From NCBI GenBank assembly GCA_964187785.1, contig OZ076409.1:92072001-92136000 (forward strand): 64,000 nt of DNA, in the 5' to 3' direction. Positions within the stretch are counted from its first letter, which is position 1. Every line of letters begins with the position of its first letter. Positions 38,401 to 51,629 of the stretch are shown here, piece by piece. The stretch comes from Amphiscolops sp. MND2022. Taxonomy: Eukaryota. The notes beneath the pieces were generated by a model. It saw nothing but the letters and a program-made list of their open reading frames with translations, had not been told where the DNA came from and ran no database searches. The position numbers and the translations under genes are program-made.

Positions 38401-39236
38401 TTGAGCTCTCATGTTCCTTGCAGTCCCGCTGATAGTGCCCCTTCTTCTTGCATCTATAGCATGTAATGTGGTCAATGCCCTTCTTCGTCTGAGCTTTGTG
38501 TCCAGCACCACCCTTCTTCGCATCGCATGAATTGCCCTTCCTCCGCCCGTGCATCGCCACATGATTGCTAGTCTGCTGCTCCTCTTGCCCGTTTCGCGTC
38601 TTCGAAGTTGCGTAGCCTCGTTCTGAGCTCTTGGAACGTTGTTGCAGGTTGGAAGCTCTCCTGGACCACAAAATGCTCGTATTGCTCGGGGAGGCCATTG
38701 ATCACCAGAGCATTGAAGAGTGTGTCCGAGACCCGTTCACCAGCATCGCTAAGCCTGGTCATCAGCTCTTGACTTCTGACGAAGTAGTCATCTAGCTTCT
38801 CGGTTGGACCCAGGCGGAGTTTGGCCAGCTGTCCCACAAGACTGAACACGGTCGGCCTCTCAGAAGAGTTGAAGCGTTCCAATAGCATCTTCCACGCCAG
38901 AGCCCCATCTCCAAAACCAGTCCTTTGATTGAAGCAATCACTGCGAAGGCACATCAGAGTAGTGTTGTCCAGTACCAGAACCAGATTGCACCAGACTTCA
39001 TTGTTGCGATTCTTGATGCCCTTCATAATCTTCTCCCTCTCAGCCACTTTGGTTTCATGTTCTGACCTCTGCTCTGCAGTTGCCCCGTCAACCAGTTGCT
39101 CCAATTCATCTGGAGTATCATATTGACCCATCACAGCACTGAACAGTCCCTTCGTCTGTATGAGTGCCACAAACTTCGTGCTCCAAGCGGGGAAGTCCTC
39201 TGCCTTTCCACTGAATTGGGCAAGCTTGAAATCCAT
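35418..39236 (-). pseudogene. gag-pol: Copia gag-pol, frameshifted, RT core deleted
   Basis: CYRCKKKGHYQRDC knuckle, VVDSGC protease, LWHRRMGH, IDDFSR / RTDNGGEY / QNGVAER integrase, KVRYVAKGF / QMDLKTAY RT with no YVDD, CDADWA / AEYQA / QEDNQ / ADLMTK RNase H. Confidence 0.95.
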
Positions 39237-39308
39237 CTTGGAAGCCAGTTCGTCTAGATTGAGCCAGGAACGTCTTCCACAAGTTGAGCACGTCTGAGAG
39301 TTGTTAGA

Positions 39309-39322
39309 CTGGGCCCATAACC
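39309..39322 (-). promoter_or_regulatory. Copia primer-binding site (internal, half-tRNAiMet type)
   Basis: GGTTATGGGCCCAG directly after the 5' LTR, as in Drosophila copia-type elements. Confidence 0.85.
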
Positions 39323-39778
39323 TCTAGGATTATGAGCAGGATTGCGATTGAAGATGATTGTAGAAGTGAATATTGTATTGAATATTTATTGATCTGAATT
39401 GATGCATAATAGGTTGAGCACCCCGTATATAAAGGCTATAAACAGGTTAATTTACATACAAAATACTAGTAGCGCCAGATTCCTTGAAATGCATAGAAAT
39501 TCCAAGAAGTCCATGACGTGAGTCGTACCATATATGGTGATGACGTAACATGATTCTATGAAACGTAGTATTTTTCAGTGAAATTGACAGCAGTTCTGCG
39601 AAATGACCGAAAAGGCGCATTCTAATTTAAGTTCACGTCAATCAATTGTTGTTGTCCAATTTCACTCTCGTTGAGAATTCATTTACACTGTTACTTGGCT
39701 TGAGTCAGGTTAGTTCACTTTTGATTGTGTGCTTTTTCTTTCAAACACTTGAAAGAATCTAGCTCGATATTTCTAACA
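39323..39778 (-). repeat. Copia 5' LTR
   Basis: tgttagaaat...aatcctaga on the minus strand. Confidence 0.95.
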
Positions 39779-40472
39779 GTTTGAACGTTCGAATAAAATG
39801 TCAACAAACTGTTGTTAATAAACTTTTTCAATGCGTTCGAGTTGTTGTCAATGTCTAAATGTGGTAGCAATAGTTGTAATCAAAAGCATTGGGTGACTTT
39901 TGTTGCATGTTACGAATTGAAGTCTTATATTCTGTTCAACTTTTATCTCGCCAGAAAAAGCAACTCTGATCTACTTCGGTGACATACCTCTAGCACACTA
40001 AATTCAGAAGCGAAGCGAAACGGAGCGCCGGGCAAATTAACAGTCTAGCGGCTTGGTTTGACAATTGACTTAACATCATTTTTATACATGCTGTCGGTTT
40101 TTAAGAAATCCATGATCGAAATTCCAGTACATTTTGAATTAAAAGTCTTTTCAAATGATATAGCTCTATCTGCAATCCAAAACATAATAATGTCAGTGTT
40201 CAAAACAAATTTCAGATTCATTACATCAAAACTATATCTTTTTGCTTGTCTTTTAAAGATGAAAAGCAAAGAGAAGAAAATCGAAAGCGTTTGGGATCAC
40301 TGAATACTCGTCCAGATTCTAGAGAACTTATGATATGATAAAATTAGGAGTCCTGTGCTTCCTAAATTGCATCTTCGCAAAGCTGGATGTTTGGAAAAAT
40401 ATTAACCTTGTTGCTGACATGTCATTCAATGATCGGTTTTTTAATAATTATGCACAATTGCCATTAATCCAT

Positions 40473-40609
40473 CCCAGGTTGACCATCATGACTCGTTCAT
40501 TGCTTTTCATCCATGATCATCCATATATCTCCATCATCATGGATCTAATGATTCTCGGCATGGCAAACCCATGAATCATGGATGGAAAGCCATGGGCTGT
40601 AAACCTGGA
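40473..40609. mobile_element. Small CACTA/EnSpm-like MITE (second copy at 42401-42537)
   Basis: TIR cccaggtt / aacctgga, 2-bp TSD at, internal catgat repeats. Confidence 0.55.
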
Positions 40610-43520
40610 ATTGCATTACCAGCCAGTATCAGTTCGTAATAATAATTTAAAACGAATTTTGATGGGAGGCTGTTCATCTTTTGAACTTCAAACAAAGTTT
40701 TGGCATTAAAAACCGGGTATTTTATCAAGACTACACTAAGTACTCTCACTAAGTAAGTATAACACTGAAAGTACTAGAAACTATTTCCAACTATACGAGT
40801 CTTTTCTTCTCATAATCCTTGAGAGAGAAAAATCCTTTCAATTTATTGAAATTTTTTGGGAAAATGAATTTCTCAAAGCGATGGATGAGATGAATTTTTT
40901 AAAATGTTTGGTGCAGCGCAAGACAAAAAATTGAGCTTTTTGCAGGCAGAACACTTCATTAGTTTCAAAAATTACGACTATTTCATTTCATAACTTATTC
41001 ATTGACCTCACTTGCGGTTTTGCGCGCGTAAAAATGAACTTTTTTAAAAAAGTCCTGATGACAATTAAGTTTCTTCGGGAATCATACAGTCAGGAAGTTC
41101 ATCACGGAATAAAAAATTTAACACAAACTGTCGATCCAGTCATGGGCAAGCTTGAAATCCATCTCGGAAGCCAGTTCGTCTAGATTGAGCCAGGAACGTC
41201 TTCCACAAGTTGAGCACGTCTGAGAGTTGTTAGACTGGGCCCATAACCTCTAGGATTATGAGCAGGATTGCGATTGAAGATGATTGTAGAAGTGAATATT
41301 GTATTGAATATTTATTGATCTGAATTGATGCATAATAGGTTGAGCACCCCGTATATAAAGGCTATAAACAGGTTAATTAACATACAAAATACTAGTAGCG
41401 CCAGATTCCTTGAAATGCATAGAAATTACAAGAAGTCCATGACGTGAGTCGTACCATATATGGTGACGACGTAACATGATTCTATGAAACGTAGTATCTT
41501 TCAGTGAAAGTGACAGCAGTTCTGCGAAATGACCGAAAAGGCGCATTCTAATTTAAGTTCACGTCAATCAATTGTTGTTGTCCAATTTCACTCTCGTTGA
41601 GAATTCATTTACACTGTTACTTGGCTTGAGTCAGGTTAGTTCACTTTTCATTGTGTGCTTTTTCTTTCAAACACTTGAAAGAATCTAGCTCGACATTTCT
41701 AACAGTTTGAACGTTCGAATAAAATGTCAACAAACAGTTGTTAATAAACTTTTTCAGTGCGTTCGAGTTGTTTTCAATGTCTAAATGTGGTAGCAATAGT
41801 TGTAATCAAAAGCATTGGGTGACCTTTGTTGCATGTTACGAATTGAAGTCTTATATTCTGTTCAACTTTTATCTCGCCAGAAAAAGCAACTCTGATCTAC
41901 TTCGGTGACATACCTCTAGCACACTAAATTCAGAAGCGAAGCGAAGCGGAGCGCCGGGCAAATTAACAGTCTAGCGGCTTGGTTTGACAATTGACTTAAC
42001 ATCATTTTTATACATGCTGTCGGTTTTTTAAGAAATCCATGATCGAAATTCCAGTACATTTTGAATTAAAAGTCTTTTCAAATGATATAGCTCTATCTGC
42101 AATCCAAAACATAATAATGTCAGGGTTCAAAACAAATTTCAGATTCATTACATCAAAACTATATCTTTTTTGCTTGTCTTTTAAAGATGAAAAGCAAAGA
42201 GAAGAAAATCGAAAGCGTTTGGGATCACTGAATACTCGTCCAGATTCTAGAGAACTTATGATATGATGAAATTAGGAGTCCTGTGCTTCCTAAATTGCAT
42301 CTTCGCAAAGCTGGATGTTTGGAAAAATATTAACCTTGTTGCTGACATGTCATTCAATGATCGGTTTTTTAATAATTATGCACAATTGCCATTAATCCAT
42401 CCCAGGTTGACCATCATGACTCGTTCATTGCTTTTCATCCATGATCATCCATATCTTTCCATCATCATGGATCTCATGATTCTCGGCATGGCAAGCCCAT
42501 GAATCATGGATGGAAAGCCATGGGCTGTAAACCTGGAATTGCATTACCAGCCAATATCAGTTCGTAATAATAATTTTAAAACGAATTTTAATGGGAGGTT
42601 GTTCATCTTTTGAACTTCAAAGAAAGTTTTGGCATTAAAAACCCGTTTATTTTATCAAGACTACACTAAGTACTCTCACTAAGTAAGTATAACACTGAAA
42701 GTACTAGAAATTATTTCCAACTATACGAGTCTTTTCTTCTCATAATCCTTGAGAGTGAAAAATCCTTTCAATTTATTGAAATTTTTCGGGAAAATGAATT
42801 TCTCAAAGCGTTGGATGAGATGAATTTTTAAAAATGTTTGGTGCAGCGCAAGACAAAAAATTGAGCTTTTTGCAGGCAGAACACTTCATTAGTTTCAAAA
42901 ATTACGACTTGCGGTTTTGCGCGCGTAAAAATGAACTTTTTAAAAAGTCCTTATGACAATTAAGTTTCCACGGGAATCATACAGTCAGGAAGTTCATCAC
43001 GGAATAAAAAATTTAACACAAACTGTCGATCCAGTCATGGGCGTTTAGGTTTAGTGATTAGCGCAAGCACAGTTTAGGATCAAAAGGTTGAACTATGCAC
43101 TAAAAGAGACAGAGCTTCTTAGCCTTTCTTTGTTCAGTTCACTCCTAGCATTTCAATCTGAACAGAATAGCACCTTATTGTGGAATAAGCGTGAACAATT
43201 CTGAAGAAGCTTGAACAGTATGAGGAAAGCAAAATGCGTTCCATGATTGGTCCATTTTTCCAAAATAGTCATTCCATGTTGGAAAACGGTTGCAAATTTA
43301 GCATGGTTTGAAGTTGGCCTGCTTAGAAGAATTATACAAGCCAGTGTTATAAAAATACAAAAATATAAACTTGGTGAATTTTTATTTTTAGATCCGCTAA
43401 TGATCGAATTATTTATTTGGATTAACTTTTCCTGCCACTTTTGTTGATGTGGTCTGCATTTGAATAGTATTTTTTTATTTTCAAAGCTTTTACTTCTTTT
43501 ATTGTTATAAACGGTGCTTT

Positions 43521-43714
43521 ATGGGTCAAAGACTCCCCTGTGTCTTTTTAATTTTTGTTTCAATTATCATCAGCAATGTTATCTGCGATTCCGATATTAT
43601 ATTTGAAAATCCATTAATACGCACTATTCTCAGAAATTCCTCCAAATATGTACGGCCTGTTAAAAACCAAAATTTACCTACCAATGTTACTTTTCGGCTT
43701 AATTTATACCAGAT
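43521..43714 (+). CDS. N-terminal coding segment of a Cys-loop ligand-gated ion channel subunit (nicotinic acetylcholine receptor-like), truncated by the gap
   Basis: Signal peptide MGQRLPCVFLIFVSIIISNVIC followed by LIRTILRNSSKYVRPVKNQNLPTNVTFRLNLYQ, matching the nAChR L...Y...VRPV.N....V...L.L.Q motif. Confidence 0.8.
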
Positions 43715-43914
43715 NNNNNNNNNNNNNNNNNNNNNNNNNNNNNNNNNNNNNNNNNNNNNNNNNNNNNNNNNNNNNNNNNNNNNNNNNNNNNNNNNNNNNN
43801 NNNNNNNNNNNNNNNNNNNNNNNNNNNNNNNNNNNNNNNNNNNNNNNNNNNNNNNNNNNNNNNNNNNNNNNNNNNNNNNNNNNNNNNNNNNNNNNNNNNN
43901 NNNNNNNNNNNNNN
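43715..43914. other. Assembly gap (200 N)
   Basis: Run of N. Confidence 1.
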
Positions 43915-44629
43915 TCTACGTTTTTATATTCATTTTTTTAAATGAAGTGGGTTATTGTTGTCAGTAAGGTCTGCGTTACTTGAGTTTTTTGTGTAGTGTA
44001 TATGACAGTAATTTAAACATGTATCTAGGTTTAGTTGTCCTTTTCCATGTATCCACCCGTAAGAGTTGGTATGTGTTATCTTAGTATCGATTGTTCTTCC
44101 ATCAGTGTTTAAATAATTTCGCTCCCGAAACTGTTTTGTTCCGTTTCAATCGCGTTGCCTTTTTTGGGTGTCCATACTTTTGTTTTTAATCTTCAAATCG
44201 TCTAACTCTGAAATTGGCTAAACTCTTCATGCCGGCGTGCGTTCGTCGATGAAATTTGTTAAGCGGACATTTTTTTGCCGCCATTTTGACGTTCAAACAG
44301 GAAGGGAAAAAATGTACTGGATTGAACAAAGTATGAGTTCAACAATGGTCGCGAATACGCGACAAAACCAGAAATTTTGATACCTGATTTTATGACGCGG
44401 GACTGAAAAATATGAATCAATAAAGGTTTTTAGTGAACAAACACTTTTTATTGATACCTAGCAATTTTTAAGTGAGGAACAATTGATGCTAGAAAAGTAT
44501 CTGTAAGTAAGATGAACAACATGTAATTATTCATTCAAAACTGTTTGTTCTAACTCTGCGTTATAAAAACGAAAAATCTTTTCTTTGAAGAAGTCGCTGA
44601 TTCTAAAGATTTCTGTCTTTTCAATCAAA

Positions 44630-44999
44630 ATGACTACTAGAAGCCAGAAAAGAAAAACTGTAGAAGTGCTAGTCTTTTAAGATTTACCCGTATCTTAAAA
44701 CAATCAACCTGAAAACTTCGTTGGATGTCCAAGCAAATCTTCTAAAATGCATTTGGAAAACCTTGACGAGATAAAAACATCACTCAGAAAGGAAATAATG
44801 TCCGATTTTGCCTCATTCCCTGCTGAAAATCAAACGGAATTGCTGAAACTAATAGCCCCAGCATCTTAAAAAACTTTCAACCACCAAAACAATGAAGCCT
44901 CTGACTCTGAAACGGAAAATGTCTCGCCCATAACCGAATCAACACCTACAAAATCTAAAACGACTACCCTTAAAAGCACCCCGGTCACAAGTCGTAACA
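44630..44999 (+). pseudogene. Decayed retroelement gag-like N-terminal fragment ending at an LTR-like gtcgtaaCA
   Basis: MTTRSQKRK...ENLDEIKTSLRKEIMSD...TPVTSRN, interrupted; a similar decayed fragment lies at 56920-57195 (minus). Confidence 0.35.
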
Positions 45000-46168
45000 A
45001 ATAGAGTTGCAATGAAAACTTTATTCTAATCTAATCTTTTCTCTTCTAAGCCTAAAAAACTGTAGAATAGAACAGAGTCCTTGTCGTCCTTGAGATTTAG
45101 CGGCGGTCCGGAGGTAAATGGAAATGTTTCACGAAGCACATTGTTAATCCCAGAGAAGTCTTGAAAATCAGCGAACCACTCAAGGCCAAAAACTTTTCTT
45201 CACCTCTGGGCTTGCTTCTGAGAAAATGCATAAGAAAAACTTGGATGAAAAAAAGTTTGAAGTAGACTTTCGAATGTGAAGCTAGAAAAAACACTAACAC
45301 ATAGTCATTTTTGAATACTACATTTTTGAAAGTCCTCGCTGCATTTCACAGTTATCTCTCAAACAAATTTTGGGTTTTCTAGTCGATAAGTCTATTATTG
45401 ATGTATTGTAGTTTGGTACAATGAAAACGCATTTGAAATTTAACTTTGATGGTGTCATTTTCTCAGTAATGTTCTTTTAGGCACGAGTTTCCTTCCCTTT
45501 GTATGAAGCCATAAAGTATCTCACGAACTAATTTTGTCAATAAGTTCAAAGCAATTTCGACGTTCTCACTAAAGGAAACTGTGCCGTTACCTCGATGGGC
45601 AAACATTCCGACAATCAATGAGTTCCTCTTTGTCTAGTTCTAAAATCTCAAACTATTTCTGTCCCTACAGCTATCACTGGTAAGTTATCGTCTCTGAAGA
45701 TTAATAAATCAGAAGATTTATAGTCGGCAATTCCATAGAAATGCATATAAACTTACCCATAGTATTCAAATACAGGGTTTTCAAAATTTAAAAAAAATCT
45801 TGCATCATTTTTCCGTTATTGCTCATTATTATCGATCTAATGAATCCGAACAATTAGTTCACTCTTCGAAACCTAATCTAAACCGTACTAAGTTAAAAAA
45901 TACCTCGTATGAATAATTCATGCATTGTTCAGTGAACTATTCAATGATTGAATTTAAAAAAATTCACATTGTGACTATTTACCAATTTTTGCATTACGTA
46001 ATGGCAAATATACTAATATCATCCTTTCGTTTAATTCAAAATAATTGATGAATATTCACCTCTTTTCTGTTCTGACGTTTGAAATCAAAAGAACTGAAAA
46101 CTGTTTTTGTTTCATTTTGGATCAAGTTGGCCTTCAAACTGGTCCAATTCTTTTCATATGAGAATACA

Positions 46169-49100
46169 GGTTGGGCGACACTTCGTCCCAAGCGACAATA
46201 CCTCCCAAGCGACAATTCGTCCCAAGCGACAATTCGTCCCAAGCGACAATTCGTCCCAAGCGACAATTCGTCGAAGCGACAATTCGTCCCAATCGACAAT
46301 TCGTCCCAATCGACAATTCGTCCCAATCGACAATTCGTCCCAAGCGAGAATTCGTCTCAAGCGACAATTCGTCTTAAGCGACAATTCGTCCCAAGTTCCA
46401 AAAAGCGACAATTCGTCCCAATTTGTTTAATTGATCAGCTAATTACCAACCTTTTGACAAAATAACCAAAGTCAAAAAAGCCAAGGTCAAAATAGCCAAG
46501 GCCATAATATCCAATACGCTAAAAGAGTTAATGCCAAATAATTCTAATTGCCGGTAAAGCTCCAAGTAATGCCAGGCTTGATTAACTTAATTGTTAAAAT
46601 GACATTCTGAACGAACAATTTCATGACGACACATCCCCGCAAGCAAGTTCCCAGATCTTGCGACTTGCATTGATAACCAATCACAGTGAGTTATTATGTT
46701 GAAAACAGTTTTACACTTTTCTCATATTACACAAAGTAATAATTAGTTACACAGAATGACTAGAATTCGCTAATTGACTGCTTTACACCATTTTCTGGAG
46801 CAAAAATTTACACTAGTTGACTGTATTACGCACTTATGCAGTCATACGGACTTTGACTAAATTGCGCGTCATTCCACTACACAGTTTGATTTAATTACGC
46901 TGTCTTACTAATAACGTGGTGTATTTCAGTCAAATAGTGTAGCACAGTAATTACGTATTGTAAATTAGTAAAATGGTGTAGCACAGTAATGAACTTGACT
47001 ATATCACGTGTTTTATGAGTCATTGGTTTACCTATATTAAAGATGGTTTTATAAGCATTGTTGTAAAGATTGCAATGCACTAATTTCACTTCAAGGCGTG
47101 ATTCGAATACAATCACAAGTGATTCGAATACAATCACAAGCATTCAAGTCATAAAGTTTGTGTGTAGAAGTTTTGCTAACTGTCATGGTCAGTAAGCAGT
47201 TAAATCAAATCATAAAAGTGTCTTAATTTTCATGTTTTGAGACTTCTTATTTAGTTTTTCTGTTGAGTTTTCTGGTAAGTTTTTGAAATACTACAAACAA
47301 AAGTGTTTCAGCGTATTAAACAACATTTTTCAAATTCAAGATTATTTCATTCATCATCGAATCATTGCAATAGCAAGGTACTCTCACAAGTTCATTTCGA
47401 GCCCAACATCATATAAGCAATGGAAGCAGAACTTGTAAAGAGAGGAACTTTGCCTTACCTGACGAACACAAGGACTTTTCTGCCTGTTCGATTTCGGCAT
47501 GGATGACAAGTGAAGAATTCTCATTTTTGGCGATGCAACAACGGTTGCAGCATTATCCACGCATAAAAACCTCTGGTTATGTGACGGGACATTCAAAATT
47601 TGTCAACAGTGCTACCAACTTTACACAGTGCATCTTTAGGTGGGCGGCTTCAATGCCTCATTGGTTTACGCACTGCTTAGCAATAAAAGTGAAACGACTT
47701 CCCACGGTTCATCGCATCACTGAAAATGCTGACGGGTGACTGTGAGGCCCGTATTCGATTTTGCTCTAAACGCTTTCACCCAAATGTTTGTATGGCATTT
47801 AGGAGTGACTGCTCTTTTCCACAGAAGCCACCTCCAGTTCCGACGTTTTTGGCCAAAATCAAATTAGACAGTTTCAACCAGATGTTCAACTTCTTGAAGG
47901 CAGCTCCGTGCACAGTAAATAACGGACCCACAAAGTACCGCGAAATTGGCGAAAAAATTTTTCGTCTAGTCAATGATTACAACCCTGATTCCAGACTGAG
48001 CTTCTTGATAGCTATCGCTCATTTCCCTGATTCATGATCCAAATTGTAGTGTATTTAGTATATATAACTCTAATGTATGTATGTATTTAGATAATTTGAA
48101 AAATAAAAATCTGCATTTTGTACCGAAATTGGAGGAAATGAGGGCTCAAAATTTGACACGTAAATCAGGCCGATATCAGGGTTTTTTTGTTCTCCCTCCC
48201 GCCCATTCGCAATTTCCCCAACTCCCGGAAATTGGGAATTTTTGGAAAACGGGGACTTCCAGTCATCTTTTTTTTCTCATAGAATGGCAAATACTAGGCT
48301 CGAACTCGGATTGTTTACTTCCGAAGCAGTTCTTTAACAACTAGGCCAAAATAATTACGTGTTCAAAGATTGTTCACAGTTTTCAATCAAAACACAGTGT
48401 CAGCGTAGGAAATATGATTGACAGTTGTTTCATTTTGTTTCCATGCACGAAAAACGAAACACGTGATAGAATTTTGCAAATTTTTCATGTCTAATATTTG
48501 CCAACAAGTCGATAAAAATGCTCTGAATTTTGCAAGCTTCGAATGTCAATCAACTTTTTTGACAAGTCTTTACTGCTGTTTGTGCCTTTTCTTTTGAAAT
48601 GCATTCAATTTGATCGAAAACGTACCAGTTTTTATCAACCATTGTTTTAGGTTAATGCCCTGACCTGCTGTGAAAAGTGTTCTCACGCACATATGTTCGA
48701 TCCCAAAGTTGCGTCATCAATTGTTTCCTTTGTTCAAACTAATTAAGTGAAGACGCTTTTCTTGTGCGCGCGTCTGTACTCTCGCGTTGCTTATTATGTC
48801 ACATTGGCTATTATGTCACGTTGGCTATTTTGGCATTGGCTATTATGTCACGTTGGCTATTTTGGCATTTGCTATTTGTCACGTTGGATATTTTGTCATT
48901 GGGTATTATGCTATTGGGTATTATAACTTCGGACATTCTGACATGTAAACGAAAGAAATATTCAAATCAACCACTAATGAATTCATTCAAGCACGTGACA
49001 AAAATTAATTAGAGAATGTTGCATTTTAACGTACTAGTCGTAGAATGTTGAAATTAACTGTTGGTACCTGCCTCTAATTGTCATCTTTCCGGATTCATTA

Positions 49101-49180
49101 TTACAATTGTCTTTATTGGCAATTAAACCGAGCACAAATTGCAGCTTCTAATAATTGGGATGAATTGTTGCTTTTCGGGG
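46169..49180 (+). mobile_element. Decayed Mutator-like (MULE) transposon with repeat-rich long TIRs
   Basis: 17-bp tandem array cgacaattcgtcccaag at 46177-46421, with an inverted remnant at ~49153-49176; aaatagccaa-type repeats at ~46460-46520, inverted at ~48800-48925; transposase fragments at 47500-48037. Confidence 0.75.
47500..48037 (+). pseudogene. MULE transposase fragment (internally deleted)
   Basis: RILIFGD...LWLCDGTFKICQQCYQLYTVH...LVYALLSNKSETT, then CEA...HPNV and SFLIAIAH. Confidence 0.8.
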
Positions 49181-49526
49181 AATATATAAGACAACAGGGT
49201 TATAGCTAGAGGTTTTTTTCAGTGATGAGCCTTGGACAAGTTTTTATATCTGTTCTTTGTAATATGCTTACCGCAAATATAACGCTTTCCTTGGAAAAAA
49301 ATCAAAATAAAAAGCCAGGCCTTTTGATAATGGGTCACCTTGAAACCACGGCTCCGAGCGGGCCATTGCTTGACCATTTGGCTGCAAGTATAGTTACGTG
49401 GTATGATGCTACATGAAGATATTATTCCGAAAAGGTACTGAGTTGAAAAACAAACAACACTTTTTCTTTGTTTTGCTTTTTCCTATTCTGCGTAGGTCGA
49501 GTAATCTGCTTCAAAACGCTCCCAAG

Positions 49527-50977
49527 ATGAGGTTGCTTCTGGCTTGCTGTTTGTTCAGCTCCGTTTTGATGACTCGAAGTGTAAAAGGCGAAACAGATCA
49601 AGACACAATAGACAAATGGAGCAAACACGAAAGTGGCAGTTCGACGAGTGATTCCCAAACAATTTGCACCAAGAGGATGAGAAATAGCAACTTGATTGTG
49701 AGTGTTTCCTGTATTTCAAAACTCATGATCTTTCTTGACAGGACGTATGTATGTAGCAGTTCGTTGCGCCCGATATTCCGAGGGCACAGTTACATGACAT
49801 ATCGTCCTATGCAAAGTCGAACCCAGGAACTTTCAATCGTTGCCATTTCAACCGCTCACAATTTCATTGTGATGGCCTACTGCAATGTCGACAAAATCAA
49901 TCTTGATTAATTGATCCTGAGTTGCTATTCATCTATTTTCGGCCGTTCTCATTTGCATTAATTGTTAAATTTGAAAAAGCTGAGTTATATCCCACAGTTG
50001 ATATTTTACGTCAATTTTGTCGAAAATCAAGATATGTCGTAATCATGAAAAGTTGAAAATGTGAGCAGTTGAAATGACAACGATTGAATGTGCATGAGTC
50101 GAAACTGTATAGAATGGAATGGCTTGACACCAGCGCAAGTGCACCTTGCGTTGTTGAAATGTTTCCATCTTAAAACAAACTCCAGATTCGATAAACTGTG
50201 GAGAGGCAGTTCTGCTAAACCAGCATCTTTCTTCACGTGTTGACAATTGTGCTGGTTTAGCAGAACTGTTTCTCAACAGTTCATCGACTCTGGAGTTAAC
50301 TCTCGACTCTGTTAACATGTGTGCTTCCGTACTTGATTCCATGTTGATTCCAGGCATGCTCCATGTGCTTTATACAGAAGCCCAATGAAAACCTAAGAAA
50401 GATCAATCCAAGTGAGTTTCATAACGTCAAGATCTCAACTCAGGCTAAGATCACGTTTTTTTGCAAGGTAATTATTTAATCAGGAAGGGACAAATGGTTG
50501 TCCTTTTCCGAACATGCGCCTCCTCCTTTTAAAAACGCAATATAGTTCAGATATAACGTCAAAATTTCGGATATAACGCAATATTTTTGTACCTCCTCCT
50601 TCTCCTTGAAGAATTCAATTTACTTCAAATAAATAAATAAATCGAATATAGCGTGCGAGACCAAATGTGATCGCTTTTTTCAAACACGTATAGGATTAAT
50701 ACTACAAAGATATACGAGGTCTTGACGATATATATAAATGTTCGTATATATTATATATACTCATAGTCTTATATATTCATAGTAAAAAAATTGGGGTTTT
50801 TCACGCTATTGAGTTTTTGTTTTGCAGTCGAAAAAGGTGGAGGATACTTTAAAGCAAAATAAGTGCAATCCGACTGCCGCATCTTGCAAGGGAGTTTACG
50901 TCTACCCTGCTGTGGTTTCGGGTATCTTCGAAAGAAAGGGCGATATTGAAGAAGACTGGAAAACTGTCATCGTGGAG
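49527..50977 (+). CDS. Putative secreted protein, two predicted exons (49527-49697, 50828-50977); continuation unclear
   Basis: Signal peptide MRLLLACCLFSSVLMTRSVKG; phase-0 donor GTGAGT at 49698 and acceptor ttttgcag at 50827 join in frame; next donor GTTGGT at 50978. Confidence 0.55.
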
Positions 50978-51629
50978 GTTGGTAGTGACTTTGAAAAACT
51001 TGTAATTGATTAACAAGTTTCAACTAAATGGTAGATTTCATTTTGTTTAGAGTCGAATTAAATAAATGCCGCTGGTAGATTGTGATAGAATCTTTGCGCA
51101 AGCGAAATGAAATGTGTACATACCGATTCCATCTACTACATACATAGCTCTTATTTCAACCGGCTATGTAGCGTAGACACAGTTTCCACAAATGATGATT
51201 TAGACAATGCGAAACAAAAAGTTGCGCGGAAAATTCAAACGTTTTTTTTTATAAATTTCAATATCAGAGACCTTCAATGTCCAAGCCATTTTACAAGAGC
51301 CATTCTGAATGAACAACAGGGACGAAATGTCGTTGAAAAGAGTGAATTTGTAGTCCGTTCCATATTTCTTAAAAGCTGGAAAAGATTTAACACCTCTCAA
51401 ATAAGAATTCAGCGAACACGGTGAATATGTTGCTTGAGAACAATGTAACTAACATTTTATCAATTTATCAATCTAATACTCGCCCGAAGTGACAACCCAG
51501 GGGAATGCATGGGTGGGTACCGTGTTTCCAATCCCAACTCAACTAGTGGCCACTACCGATGTAGTTACGGATTCAAACTTGTCCAGAAAATGGAGAAAAA
51601 AACCGCCAATATACATTCTATTGTTTAAC

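Larger units (their letters stand above)
35026..39778 (-). mobile_element. Ty1/Copia LTR retrotransposon, internally deleted
   Basis: 456-bp LTRs, 5-bp TSD gtttg (35021-35025 / 39779-39783), domain order gag-PR-IN-RT-RH, PPT gagtggggg (minus, 35490-35482). Confidence 0.97.
39217..43042. repeat. ~1.9-kb tandem duplication (39217-41147 / 41143-43042) containing the Copia 5' end and flank
   Basis: Near-identical copies; TGGGC microhomology at 39217, 41143 and 43038; third LTR copy at 41249-41704, again followed by gtttg. Confidence 0.93.

Noticed and set aside
46177..46421. CRISPR-like repeat array and its overlapping ORFs
   Set aside because: Head-to-tail 17-bp units with no unique spacers; part of a MULE terminal repeat. 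The ORFs are repeat artefacts.
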